This document shows, piece by piece, positions 13,801-28,800 of a DNA stretch of 64,000 bases; position 1 is the first letter of the stretch; the number at the start of each line of letters is the position of its first letter. The position numbers were made by a program, and so were the translations under genes. Source of the stretch: Mobula hypostoma. Lineage: Eukaryota. The stretch is from contig NC_086107.1 in assembly GCF_963921235.1 (NCBI RefSeq), positions 100,442,001 through 100,506,000 of the forward strand. The letters run 5' to 3'. The notes below the pieces were generated by a model. That model saw nothing but the letters and a program-made list of their open reading frames with translations. It was not told the origin of the DNA and made no database searches.

Positions 13801-16800
13801 TTTCTGTCATTTCTTTGGGATGTTTACTTCATGGTTACGTCAAATAGCTTTGATACAGGCATTAGATCTTTAACAAGAATTTTGGTCCTATTTTAGCTCT
13901 ATTTCTGTTTTAGCTGCATTCACTACACTGATCAGGCACCTTTTTCTGTGTTTAAAACTTTATTATTCTCGTTTTAAACCCTTATTCCATCACAAAAGCC
14001 ATTTTCAGCCAATTTTATTCATTACACATGGATTATGAACAAGAACAGCTGAGATACAGTTGTTAGTGTTAGGTATTGTTCCTAGTAACGGTTCAGTATG
14101 GAAGGATTTGGAACTCTACTAGCCATAAGGACCTGATGCTAAAAGTTATTAAGAGCCAAGGATAGGAGTGTCAATAGTTCAGTACTGGCTGTTCAAGCAT
14201 TTAGTTTTAGAATCATTGTGTAATAACATTTGGTGTAAGAATGTTAACTGTTATTCCCTCGAGAATAGGGTTGAAGAAAACTATATGGATTGAAGCCATA
14301 AGTCACAAGATGCCCAAACTCTGGGGGCCTGGTGTCACTCAAGAGAATAGCTAATGTGCAAAGTGCTGAGAGCATGTGGGTTGGAAGAATGTCAATTGCT
14401 TCAAATCTGCAAAATAATGTCAAGAGTATTCTGAAAATTGGAGAGTCTGGTGAGAGATTCTTCCCTTCATGCTTATATCAATTGAATAAAGACACTTTAT
14501 GTTGATATCTCTGGACATGGAGTGGTGTTTGGCCCACAACACAGTAAAGTCTGAGAGTGCTGATATCCTCAGATGATTCAAAACATATTTAGATCACTGA
14601 TCAATATGCCATACCATAGAGACTGCATGCCAAGTGATGGAAAATGGGATTAGTGTAAACAAGTACATAGCCCTCTGAATGTAATTCACCAAAGAAACAG
14701 CTTGTACATTGTAAAGCTGATTTTTTTTTTATTTATTTAGCAAACTGATAGAAGGTGTCAGCAAAAGTACTGTTAGTGGAACTAACTGCCCAACAACGTG
14801 GTCAGTGATGTTAAGTTTGGATTCTGCCTGGAACACACAACTTCAGGTCTCAGTGTAGCCTCAGTCCAATCAAGGACCATTCCAAGAGACCGGCTGAATC
14901 TGTGGAATTTGTTGGCCACAGAGGGCTTTGGAGACCAAGTCACTGGGTATTTAAAGGACAGATTGATGGGTTCTTAATTGGTAAGGAGGTTAATGTGTAA
15001 CCACTAATCTCCTTACTAATTAAGAACCTATCAATCTTTGCTTTAAATGTAACAGCAGAAAGTAGGAGAACGGAGTTAAAACAAAATCAGCCGTGATTGA
15101 ATAGCAGAGCAGACCTGAAAGGCCAAATAGCCTAAATCCGCTCCTTTAGCTTCTGGTCTGAAGAGCAAGGTGAAAGTAATGAACTTGACATTAGGAGTGA
15201 CATTTGATCCAGTGCTTAGTTTCATATTAATTTTGTTGATAATAGATTAGCTTAGATTATGAGGACACACAGTCCTCTTTTATTGTCATTTAGTAATGCA
15301 TGCATTAAGAAATGACACAATGTTTTTCCAGAGTGATATCACAGAAACACATTACAAACCGACTTAAAAACTAACAAAAACTACATAATTATAACATATA
15401 GTTACAACAGTGCAAAGCAAAACCGTAATTTGATAAGAACAGACCATAGCACGGTAAAATTCTCAAAGTCTCTCGGAAGTCCCATCATCTCACACAGACG
15501 GTGAACCTCCAGCGCCGCCAACTTGCCAATGCAGCATCCCGGAAGCATCCGACCACAGTCTGACTCCGAGTCCGTCCGAAAACTCCGAGCCTCCGACCAG
15601 CTCTCCAACACCGAGCACCATCTCTGCCGAGCGCTTCAGCCCCGGCCCCGGCAACAGGCAATAGGCAAAGCCGAGGATTTGGGGCCTTCCCCTCTGGAGA
15701 TTCCGATCACATAGTAGCAACGGCAGCAAAGCGGCATTTCAGAAGTTACTCCAGGTGTTCCTCCGTGCTTCTCACGGCTGTCTCTATCAAATCCGGATTG
15801 TTCATGGCCCCCTACTTAACACATACGATATTCATTCGGGACGGCCGCGCGCACTGTGTCGTGCCGCCATCTTCTCCTCCCTCCTTGCTCCTTATACACC
15901 TTATTCATCAATGCTCTGCGAAAGGGTGACTGTCAAATAGGCTGAAGCCTTCAAAGGCAAGATCTGGACAACACTGAGGTATGATAACTAATAAATAATG
16001 TAAGGTACCAGGTATTGATTACAAAACCTCCACCTTGATGTTCCATGGAATCAACAAATACCCCATCATCAACATTTTGAAAGTTACTGCTGACCAGAAA
16101 TTTAACTGCAGCAGATCAGTACTTAGGTACCTTATGGCACCTCCTGATATGACAAAGCCGTTTCATGATCTACTAGACCCAAGTATGATGGAACGTTCTT
16201 CACCTCCCTGGAGGACTACACCTCCGGAAACATTCCAGAAACTTCCAGACAAAGCAGCACACTTGACAATCAATCAATAAAATGGCATCATGAATAAAGT
16301 GTGTACCATTTACCAAACGCACTGTGGAAACTCACCACAGTTTCTTTGATAGCATCCCCCAAATCTGCAATTACTGGAATGAAAAAGGGCAGTGGGCACA
16401 AGAAATATCATAGCCGCAACACAAAATATATTGCACTTGGTCATTATTGCTTGATTAAAGTACGAGAACTTCAGCAACGCCGAGGGAGAACCTTCTCCAC
16501 AATGATGTCAGCAATTCTTCTCTACCATAATAATTCAATGATTCAATAAGTTCTTTAGTCTTTCAGTTTATTTTCATGTACATTCAGATTCTAGAGCTCT
16601 CATTCTTTATCTCCCTTTGCTTGTCTAACTATCAGGAAAGGAGTAGGTCATTCAGTTCCTCAAGCCAGTTTTACCATTCACTTAAATCATTACTCCTCCT
16701 GATAAAACATAAATACAGTGAGGTGTACTGATCTGGGGGAACCACTAACTGAGTACAAGTCTCCTACATAAGAAGTATGCTGCAGGAATGCATAAATGGC

Positions 16801-19800
16801 ACATTAGGAATGAGGGACGTTTAGTTTCCAGATAGTGAGTCTGTGCTCCTAGAGATGCAAGTGCTCAAGGCAGTGCGGAGCCCAAGTCCCCAGTAGCTGG
16901 ATAACTATGGGAAGTACTGGGCTAGCTCCTCAAAGGTGGCCATTTGTGGACAGAGAGACCTCAGAGCTGTAATGATTGTGTTCTTTTTAAAAAAATACTG
17001 TAAGTATAAATTTCTTAGGAGATTTGTTTGAAAATTATTTAAAAGATAAATAAAAATAAGGCACTAAAGTCAACAGTTGATGACACACGGCACCACAGGA
17101 AGATAGATAGATAGCTAGATATACTTTATTAATCCCGACGGAAATTTGGTTTCGTTACAGCTGCACCAACCAAGAATAGAGTGTAAATATAGCAATACAA
17201 AAAACCCCAACAATCAAACAACAAAATGCAAAACTATGCCAGATGGAAAATAAATCCAGGACCAGTCTATTGGCTCAGGGTGTCTGAAGGAAACTGCTGT
17301 AGGAAAGAAATTCTAGGATTTCAAATGCTTTTTTTTTAAAAAAAAAGGACCAAATAACTTCAGATGTAGATGGTACAGCTCATTGTGTTGGACAGGAAAT
17401 TCCGAAAAAGCCTCTTTTTTCCCCATCTTGATAGCAACATTGACAAGTAATAATAACTTCTGACCTTCAAACAGATCCTAAACATGATTTCTAGTGATCA
17501 ACGTTCACCACAAAAATGGTATCTGATTTTGTGGGAGTAAATCACACTATTCGCAGTACCAACTGAGCTATTTCATGTGAATTCAGTTTGATCCTGTTAC
17601 TTGTGGATCCAGAAGTCATTTTTCTACCATGAAAGAACACTATATTTACTTAAAACAGTTCCAGATGGTGAGATTAGATTAGTATTAATACACCATGCCC
17701 AGAATTCTGAAAATGAGTCCCATGGTCAATTAATCCCTTTTACATGCCAATGGAGCTGCATATCGTTTCCGTCTAAGACAAGGTATTGATCCAGATTATT
17801 CTCCCGTGCTTTCCCTAACTACCCCAGGGGACATATTTTCACACAACCACTAACATGGCAGTATGGGAGTTACCGGTTATCAAGCAGGATGCGCTTGTAG
17901 ATATCAATGGCCTCCTGGTAATGAGAGCGCATGTAGTGGATTGAAGCCAAACTGAGCTGATCCTCAGTGATGTCCTGCAGATTCTGGTGGTAGTTCATCA
18001 ACCTCTTCTCATCACTGAACTGGAAGAAAGCACATGGGTGTAGAAATTGTCTTATTTGATTTTAATGGTGTTAAAACAGTAATGTGCGATACTCTCATTC
18101 TTTGTGAAAGGGCCATAAGATCATAACTTTTAATTGTGAAGTTCACAGTACAGTGTTGATGCATTTTACTGTCCCAGTCAAGTGAGGCATTATGGTACTG
18201 ACCATAAAACAGTCAGTTATTCAGTGGCAATCTTGCAGACAGCTCTTAAAGGAGGAGTTCCCAAACTGGGGTCCACAGACCCTTCAGTTAATAGCAGGGG
18301 TCCATGGCATAAAAAAGGTGGGGAACCTCTGTCTTAAGGGGACAATGTAACAGCGCTGCTCCAGCTACAGGAGAAGCTTGCTATTAATGAATGGATGATG
18401 CAATAATAGGGGAGGGGTGGGGAGTGTTCTCAGGGTCACAAGGACTTGGACAAGGACAAGATGATGACCAATAGTGTCACAGAAGCACATTCTTTGTTGA
18501 AACATCTCAGGGCAATGTCTGAGTTAGTCATGTGCTCCTGCCAGGTTGCCGGGGGGGAGGGGGTGTTCTGTATTAATATTAATGCTACACGAGATGTCTA
18601 CTCTTTGGTGAAGCTTGCAGCAGAGACAGACCCCTATGCCTACTCTGCCAGAACGTGGAAGCTTAAGTATCTGGAGTATTGTGTTCAGTTTTGGTCACCA
18701 AATTACAGGAAGGAAATTAATAAGATTGAAAGAGTGCAGAAAAGGTTTACAAGGATGTCGCCGGGATTTGAGAAACTCAGTTACAGAGAAAGGATGAATA
18801 GGTCAGGACTTTATTCCCTGGAGCGTAGAAGAATGAGGGGAGATTTGATAGAGGTATATAAAATTATGATGGGTATAGATAGAGTGAATGCAAGCAGGCT
18901 TTTTTCACTGAGGCAAGGGGAGAGAAAAACCAGAGGACATGGGTTAAGGGTGAGGGGGAGAAAGTTTAAAGGGAACATTGGGGGGGGGGCTTCTTCACAC
19001 AGAGAGTGGTAGGAGTATGGAATGAGCTGCCAGACGAGGTGGTAAATGCGGGTTCTTTTTTAACATTTAAGAATAAATTGGACAGATACATGGATGGGAG
19101 GTGTATGGAGGGATATGGTCCGTGTGCAGGTCAGTGGGACTAGGCAGAAAATAGTTCGGCACAGCCAAGAAGGGCCAAAAGGCCTGTTTCTGTGCTGTAG
19201 TTTTTCTATGGTTTCTATATGAGACCCTCTCTCCTCAAGTTATGGATCTATGATAACATTGTTAACAGAAAAAGAACAGGTAGAGATCAGCATATAAGGC
19301 AAAAGTGCTGGGAAAACAGTGACTGTGACCTCCATGAACAATGCTGGCAAATATGTGACCCTGCATTTGAGATTGTAGATCTCAATTTTCAGCAAAAAGT
19401 AATCAAAGCAGTTTTAAAGTTGACCCTTTAAAAAACATAATTTTAAGACAAGTGGCGATGGTGAAACCTGGTTGTTCCATGAATAAGAGTGACAAATATT
19501 ATTTCCAAGTGTCTGAGTCTATTGTCACGTGCACTGGTATATGTAGGCTAGGTACAATGAAGAGCTTACCTGCAGCAGCATCACAGGCACATGGTATTAA
19601 ATACACAATGATCATGTTTGAAAGCAATTAGGTTGGAGATCACACTGGAAATTAATTTTAGGCATTGCTCTGCAGTTAATATCATTTGAGGAAGTTTCAC
19701 ATCAAAAGCAAAGGAACTATATAAAATAAAATTTCTGTCAAAATATTGGAAATCAAATTTCCTGAAAAGAGCCAAGGGATTTAGAAATGGATTAGAAATT

Positions 19801-22800
19801 AGAAATATTGTTTGACTTCATATTAAGGCAGTTTTCAAAAAATATAACAATTTTATTTGGAACTGTGTGTATGAATTTTTAGATTAAGGAGTTCAATTAG
19901 TCAGTAAAAGAAATGGAGATAAACAGAGAAAATGAAGTAACGGGAAAAGAATGAATCAGGGTAAAAGAATATAAAAGGCACAACAGAAAGGGGGGAAGGG
20001 GGAGTGAAGAGTGAGGAGTGAGCAGAGCATCTGAAATAAAAAAATCAAACAATTTGAAGAAAATGGAAAGACAGAGAAAGTAGGCTAACTGATACCTATC
20101 AAATAATCAGGAATTAGCATACTTTAATCAATCTAAGTTTACCTTATGAGCCAGGTGAAATAACAGGCGATTCTGCAATCGACTCTTTGGAGCTGAAAGA
20201 GAGAATGAATTGGCTTGAGCATTTTGGAGTTGCAGTTTCCTCTTTTCTACCTCCTACAGCACGGAAATGCCCACCTGGGCGCATTGTCCACATTAAAGAA
20301 AGACAATACAACACAATTTTCTAAATAGCCTAGAGAAGAATCAAAGTCCAATTGTGACAAACAATGCTATTTGGTCCAATATCATCATTATCTGCCGTAT
20401 CGTATTGGCGTGGGCAATCATGGTCTTATCCATGACTGTGAGTGTTCTTGGCAATTTTTTCTGCAGAAGAGTTTTGCCATTGCCTTCTTCTGGGCAGTGT
20501 CTTTGCAAGATGGGTGACCCGAGCCATTATAAATACTCTTCAGCGATTGTCTGCCTGGCATCAATGTTCACAAAACCAGGACTGTGATATGCACCAGCGG
20601 CTCATACGACCATCGACCACCCGCTCCCATGGCTTCACCTGATCCTGATTCCAGTGGGGGGGGCAGGGGAGGGGGCTCAGCAGATGCTACACCTCGCCCA
20701 AGGGTGACCTTCAGGCTAGTGGAAAGAAGGTGGGCCTTACACCTCCTTTGGTAGAGACATATCTCCACCCAATACTATTCCATTTCTCTGAAAGTTATCT
20801 GATTAGTCTCACTCCTTTGTTCCTCACTCACAGACCTGTAATTTCTTCCCCATTTGACAACAAAATCCCTCAAAGTTATTACTGAATCTCCTTTCAGGCA
20901 CTGTATATCAGATCATAACAACCAATTCAGTTCTCCTTAATCCCTTAAATTTTTCTTCTAACTACCTTAAATGTATGCTTTCTAGATCCCCATTCATCTA
21001 CCAGTCAAAATAGTTTCTTGGTTCACTTTATCAAAATCCCTCATGATTATTAGCATCTCTGTTAAATGTTCTTTTAATCTTGTCTAATATGTATGTGTAC
21101 TACCAGATTGCACAAATGGCACAAATTACCAGTTGGCTGGCTTTAATACTCTCAATTGAATGGTGAAGATTTCCCTTGCTCTTATCCAAAATTGGTGCTG
21201 TGGAATCTATTATTTTCATTCAGTACTGTGCAGAATAATCAGTCTCGGTTGGGTCCAGTGTCCAATTGAAAAACAGAAAACTATTCCAGTGTGCCAAACT
21301 ACTACAGTTAAAGCATTCCAAACACAGACACAAACCGAGAAGAGTGTATTTATTTATCTATTTAGAGGTACAACATGGAACAGGCCCTTCCAACCCAACG
21401 AGCCGCACAGCCCAGCAACCAACTTATTGAACATGAGCCTAATCACAGGACAATTTACAATGATCAATTATCCTACTAATTGGGGCTCTTTGGACTGTGG
21501 GAAGAAACTGGAGCACCTAAAGTAAACTCACGCACTCAGAGGGAAAACGTACAAACTCCTTACAGACGATGCCAGATTGAATTCCAAACTCCGAACCACC
21601 CTGTTCCGTAATGGCGTCATGCTAACCACTACCCTACTGTGGCATAACATAATGTAATAACATAAGAATGTAACGTAACAACTAGTGAGACAGAGAGAAT
21701 AAAAATAATGGATGCAACAAAAAAACTGTGAGATATCAAACTGAATAAGAAATTTTTAAAAAATAGCAGGCCATAGAAAACAACAATGGAACATAGAAAA
21801 TAATTTTGAGGCCAGTTCCAACAGAAGGACTTGCCTGCATTATGGTAAAAATTAAAGGTTCAGTCTTAAGCTACTGTAGACTGACTCACCTTTCATTGCA
21901 GCTTCCTCTGCTTCCTTGTACATCCCCAGGAAAAAGAAAGTACATGCCAGATTCACCCAAACATCTGGGTTAACGTCTTCATTCTTTGTGAGGGCTTCAT
22001 ACTCCTTAAGCAAGCAAGTAAGGGGAAATCATAGGTCAATTATAGCCAAGACAGAATGCTCACATGGGATAATATCTCAACTCACGTGTACATTTAATCA
22101 CATTAGTTTAAATTCACTTCAATGATGGCTTTGTTTCAATTATCACATGAATCAGATCTTTCATGTCAGCACTTGAGTAGAACCCATCTGGCTCCTCATG
22201 GTTACTCTTCCATTCAATCAGATCATGAGTGATATCTTTTTACCTCAGTGACACTTCACGACAATAACAATCTCCATATCATATGATTCTCCTAATATCT
22301 AAAAATCTAGCTATTTCTATATGGAATACACTCAGCAACTGAGCCTCCAAAGGTCTTTTGAGTTAAAGAGAATTCAAAGTTTCACTAAGGGTGAAGAAGT
22401 TTCTTCTCACGTTTGTCGAGAATTTCTTTTTAGTCTGTGGCTCTAGATACCCTAGCCAGGTAAACATCAACTCTGCATCAATCCTATCAAGCCCAGTAAG
22501 AATTTCCAATGGTTGAATTAGTTCATTTCTCATTGGTATAGTACACAAACAAAACAAAGTTTTCTTCCTAAATATTCATCCATTTCACCATCTGAATACA
22601 TGACTGTTTTCCCATTGGTAGTTACAAGCCACCAGGAATCAAATAGAGAAGGGTAACAGTTTTATTTCTGTTTGAGAATAGCTTGCATCCAGAAACTGAG
22701 AATTTCTACAGTAGTAAAGTAGAGACTGGGATGATCTTGCAGTAGTCAGGCAGTAAACTTCCACTGTAAACTGAATCCTCTTGTCTTCAGACTCAACAGC

Positions 22801-25800
22801 AAGAACACCAACATTCTGCTCTGCAGTAAAGATACCGTGACTAAATTCCATTCAATCACAATGCAACACAATTGGATTGGAAACACAAAACATGGCTTGA
22901 GTCGCAAGTTCTAAAGTATGCAGTTGAAATGGATGCCTTTTTTTAAAAAAAGTACATGGACAGAGGGAGATGAATGGTAGGTGCACTCCCATGTATGTGT
23001 AAATTGGAGGGTCAAGAGTTCTATAGTGAATCTGCTCACTCTTGGATAGCACTAAACAGGCTACCAGGATAGAATTTCCAGCAGAAAGAGCAGAAATGCA
23101 TGATACATTTTAGTAAAAAGATAAAGTCTCCTATTCAAGAATATGCACAAGTAGAAAAACCTAGTTTAAAATGTGTAATGACCTTTGAAGTTGGCATGTG
23201 TGGTTAGAGTGTGGTTAATAAAGCATATATGATTGCGCTCTTCATAAATATATGGATATAGTGAGCAAAGGCCAATCGATCATGCTAAGTCTTTATGAGA
23301 CATTGGTTGAGAGAGAATTGGAGTACTGTATCCATTTCCGCCATTAACTTTGGGAAGAATGTTACGATATTTCAGAAGGTGCAGAAAGAAAAGTTTTACT
23401 TGAACATCACACACACTAAGTGCTGGAGGAACTCAGCAAGTCAGATAGTATCTATGGATGGGAATAAATAGTTGATATTTCAGAAGGGTCTCAGCCAAAA
23501 TGTTGATTATATTTCCCTCCGTAGATGCTGCCTGACTTGCTGAGTTTCTCCCGAATTTTTAGTGAGTTCCTCAAGACTTCCAGCATTTGCAGAATCTCTT
23601 GTGTTAAAGATTTACTGGAACTGTTTGTGGGAAGAGGGATTTTAATCACCGGATTAGATAACGATAGAAGCTTAAACTTAACCTGCTTATCTCTAACCAT
23701 TTCCAATTCTAATGTAACATCATCAGCTTGAAATATTAACTTATTTTTTCTCATTTCAGAAATTGCCTGACCTATTGAGCATTTACAGTGCTATCTACAT
23801 CTAATTTTAGACACAGCACACACTTGATAGATCTGAGGTAGAACTACTTGCTTCTCTCTACCTACAGGAAGAATGGTTGGAAAATTGAAAGCAAAATAAA
23901 TAACCAAGCAAAAAAATAGACAGATTGGTCCAGAAACACTTCAAGGTTTAACATCCTGTGCATAAAGAGATTCTTGTCTGCACATTTCTGTTATAACCGG
24001 TGCTCATTTGAGCTACTGTAGACTTCCTGTCAGCTTGAACCTGTCTGGCCATTCTCTTCTGACCTCTCTCATTAGCAAGGTGTTTTTGCCTTCAGATCTG
24101 CTGCTCACTGGATGTTTCTTTTGTGTTTTGATTTCCTCTAGAAACTGCAGTGCATGAAAATGCCAAGAAATTACAGTTTCTGAGATATTCAAAACACTCC
24201 ATCTGGCACCAACAATCATTCCAGTCAGTCACTCAGATCAGATTTCTCCCCCATTCTGATATTTGGTCTGAACAACAACTAAACCTCTTGACCATGTCTG
24301 CATGCTCTGATGCACTTAGTTACTGTCATCCAATTGACTGATTAGATATTTGCATCAACGAAGCGTGCAGCTGTACCTAATAAAGTGGCCATTAAGTGTA
24401 TGGTCCAAGATTAAGCATTTGAGGGGTCTCAGCCCAAAATGTCAACTGTTTATTAATTTCCATAGAGGCTGCCTGACCTGCTGAGTTCCTCCAGCATTTT
24501 TTGTGTATTGCTAAGTACTTGTGCTTTTTATCATCTCAAAGGAAGATTAATTTACGTCCAGAGCTAATTAACTAAGGCAAATCTTGAGAAATATTATTAG
24601 TCCTAGTATGGAACACAGCATGGAAACAAGGCCTTTGGTCCAACTTATCCATGCCAACTAAGGAGTCTTCCTGAGAGAGTCCCATTTGCCTGCATTTGGC
24701 CTATTTCCCTCTAAACACGGGGTTCCCAACCTTTTTTTATGTCATGGACCAATACCATTAAGCAATCCCAGGATGGAGACATTTTCTATTCATCCAGGTA
24801 TCTCTCCAAATGTCTGTTAAACACTGTAATTGTACACTCCACCCCCTCCAGCACATAGTTTAGTGTTAGTGTCAACAGGTGATGATCAATGTAGACTGGG
24901 TGGGCTGCAGGGCCTGTTTTCCCTACTCTACAACCCCACAATACTAATATTTGAAGGTGTCAGGGCAAGTTGTAATGTCACATATTATTTTACAGATGCA
25001 ATGAGCTGAGAATAAATAACATTATTGTACGTGTTTCCATGGAAATCCAGCACAAGTGGAGCAAAAAACAAGTTGCTGAAGGAATAGCGGGCCAGACAGC
25101 ACCTGTGGAGGGAAATGGACAGTTAACACCTCTGGCCAAGACCTTGAAAGGCCAACCATTCTTCTCATAACTTCATTTTAGGAACTAGGAATTCTACAAT
25201 CTCAGAATCAGGCTGTTTGGTAAACTGTATATAAGGCTAAATACTAGAATGAGACCAGCAGTCAACAAATACCACAAGGGAAAGTTAAAAGCTTTGAAAA
25301 GAAAGCTCTGGCAGTGGGGGCTCAAGTTCTTCTGAATGCGCAGAACTTGACAGTCACAGAATGGGGGTAGAAGTGACAGAAAGAAGGCTTTAGAGCAACC
25401 ACTTTACAATACATGGGGTTGCACTGAAAATATTTTTTAGAATTTATGTTCTTTCCGAGGCTTCTCCTTACCTCCATAGCCCTTCTATAATCTCCAAGGT
25501 GGAATGCACAGTAACCCACCCACATGTCAATGTCGTCCTCCTTCTCGCCCACGTGTCGTTTGAACTAGGATAGACAAAAAACAGTTTCTCAGAGACCAAC
25601 TCAGCAGATTAATTTACCAGAAAATAAATAGAGTAGGACACATCTTTTGTATGTCTGTACATCAAGGTGAAGTTAAAAAAACACACTGGGACTGAAAGGG
25701 AAAGAGCAAATTCACAATCACTGGGAAAGTAGTACTGGGCAAATTATAAGGTTGATAAACTTATGATCCTGATGGACTTCATCCTAAGCCATTAAAGGAA

Positions 25801-28800
25801 CTGGGTGGTAAGACAGAAGACACATTGATTTTAATTTTCTAAATTTCCTTAAGTTTGGGGAAGGTTTCATTAATTTAGAAAGTAGCAAAAGAATTTTGTT
25901 TTAATCAGAAAGGGAAGGAGGTGAAAAGTAAGCAGCTGAAACACAGTTTATATAACATATGTCACAGGGCAAATGATAGAAGCTGTTATTAAAATTGCGA
26001 TAGTCTCAGAGAAATTCAATATAATCAAACAAAGATGATATGGTTTTATTGTGTTTCACCAGTTTATTGTCCTTTGACATTGAAGTGTGCTGTGGATGAA
26101 GGGAAAATACTGGATGGTGTGGCATCAAAGGTTACTGAAGAAAATAAAAGCTCAAGACGTAAGGGGTAACTTGCAGAAAGGGGAGTGGCATGAGCTGCTT
26201 TGCTCTTAGAGTTGACGCAGACTTGGTGGATCAGATGATGCACCTTAAATGATGCAAACCTTCTGTAATTCTGTGAAGCAAATCTACACGAGGTTATTAT
26301 GGACAAAGTGTAGTCCAATCCAGTTTCAGCGACGTCTGGCTGATGAAACAAGGAAACAACTAAATACTTTGTTAATCACTCTTTTTTGGTAAATGATCAT
26401 CGCAAGCAATAGCCTGTAACTTCCCTTTGGATTTGCTGGTAATTCGAAGTGGCAGGGCAGAGGTGAGGTGAGGCAGTGGGCCCATTGCCAAGAGCGAGGA
26501 AGACCCAAGGCTCGATCGATTTAAGTGCCGGGCTGAATTAGAAAGGTCAGGTACAGGCTGGATCGAGGCAGCGGGGTCCAGGACCCAGAACATATCAAAG
26601 CGACTGAACCTGATGTTTGGATGATGATTTAGTTGCCGGGTCAGATTGAAAAGGTCAGGGTGTTGGGGCCCAGTTCAAGTCACTGCTGCACTCTGCACTG
26701 AACTATGGGTCTGTGGACAGATTCTCTTAGTGGACTTCAATTCAGAATGACATTTTCTTGCATTTATCGTTTGCATATTTTTTTTTCTCTCTCTGCACAA
26801 TATGTGTTTGCTGGTCTTTCTTTAATGGATTCTTTTAGGTTTTGTTTCATGGCTTCCCGTTAGGAGACGAATCTCAAGGCTGTATAATGTATACATAATT
26901 AAATAATAAATGTACTTTGATATAATCCGTCAAGACTGTTCTGCCGTCCAGTAAGATTATGATTGATATATTTCTTAACTTTTATGTATCAGCTATGAGC
27001 AGGTTGGTGTCAGTGTTGCTCTGCGCCATGAAGATCCACACCATTAATTTGAGCAAAAAGGTCTTGGCTGATATTCTAGTGTATTGTTAAGGGAGTTGGG
27101 CAGTACAATGAGGCATTCGAAGGAACCTCATCTTCTCCCTCATGTAAATGTTGAAACAAAAAAAATCTTTGCAGTATTTTGAAGCAGCATCAGAATTATC
27201 TCCTGTTCCTCAGCCAACATTCACCCCTCAATCAAATTTACAAGAAGCAAATTATCCATTTGTCATTAAGTTGCTGTGTGTAGGGACTCTGCACAAGATA
27301 GCTGTTGCATTTCCTATATGGCACATCGCCTCTGTTACAAGTGATGTTCTGCATCATAATTATCTAAAAGTACACATAAGTGTGGTTACTTTTATAAACT
27401 ATTTCCATTCCTTACTGACAATCAGTGTGTTATGTACAACAAGTGTCTACAACAATAAAGGTCCATAATAAGACTCTGGAGAACGTGGAATTCTTCCCAT
27501 AGGACTTCCTCTCAATGCAGATGTCATGTATGAAACTCAGACTTGCCTTCCGTATGCCAGCACAGCAATTAAGGAAACACATGTTAAAAGTGGAGGTGCT
27601 CAAACCAAACACAGGACGAGAATGTTTCCTGCTCCATTGTATTATTCTGTCAAGTACAACCGACAGCAGGGACTTCAAAGTACTGGAGGGTTACCACTAT
27701 TTCTAGCGTCAGCATTTTGTCCCAGGCCAACACCCTCAATATTAAATCTGTAGTTATACCCAGTCTGCTCCAAGATGTAGATCACGTTGCTTGCATGCCC
27801 AATCTCGAAACAGAAATTGTCCTAGCATATAATTACCAGTTCATCAGAGGAAATATCTCACAACTTATTCCCCTGGCACAAGATTTCTCAAAATGTAGCA
27901 ATTCAGGGTGGCATTGAGAACCTTTGTTGGGCATGAACAGAGGGGTAGCATGGTAGTGTAGTGGTTAGCACAACCCTTTACAGTACAGGAGACCTGGGTT
28001 CAATTCCCGCTGCTGCCTGGAAGGACTTTGTACCTTCTCCCCATTACCGCGTGGGTTTCCTTCGAGTGCTCCAGTTTCCTTCCACAGTCCAAAGACATAC
28101 CAGTTGGTAGGACATTGTAAATTGTCCTGTGATTAGGCTTGGATAAAATTGGAAGATGGCTAAGCAGTATGGCTCGAAGTGCCTGCTCTACAATGTATCT
28201 CAATCAATTAATAAACGAACAAGTTCTAGGGTAGATAGTAGGAAACTACTATCTCTCAAGCTACCCAACTACCTAATTGTCAAGTACCTCCTGCTTCATC
28301 TGTGGTAAAAGTCTGTAGGTCCCACATTGGCCACACCAATCACCCGTGAACCTACAGAGTGGAATGGATGCCAATCATCCCTCATCCCAGAGCACTGCTA
28401 AAAACACAACGGATGTGCAAGAATCACCATTCGAGGGAATAAACAATTCACTATAGTGGAGGCAACATTATAAATATAACAAGATTTCCCAATTTCTTGT
28501 GGAAATTTTGTGAGCCTTTGTTAATTTTTATGTGAAGGAGAGGGTTGGGGGTTCGGGTTTGCGAGTTTTGTTTCTTTTTCTTTCTTGTGTGGTAGGATTG
28601 ATGTCTGTATTTTGTGGCTATCTGGAGAAGACAAATATCAGAATTATATTGTACGTGCATACTTTGAAAATAAAATGAACCCCTGAACTGCTGTAAAATT
28701 CCAATAATCCAGCATATTTAAGATTTTGTGGCAGATTTTCCAAACTATTGGATATTATTTCTTTTAGATATTACACAGCAATGGAACAAGTTTTCCAGTG

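Noticed and set aside
27942..28015. tRNA gene
   Set aside because: It has A and B boxes but no full cloverleaf, and continues into a SINE body repeated elsewhere in the window.
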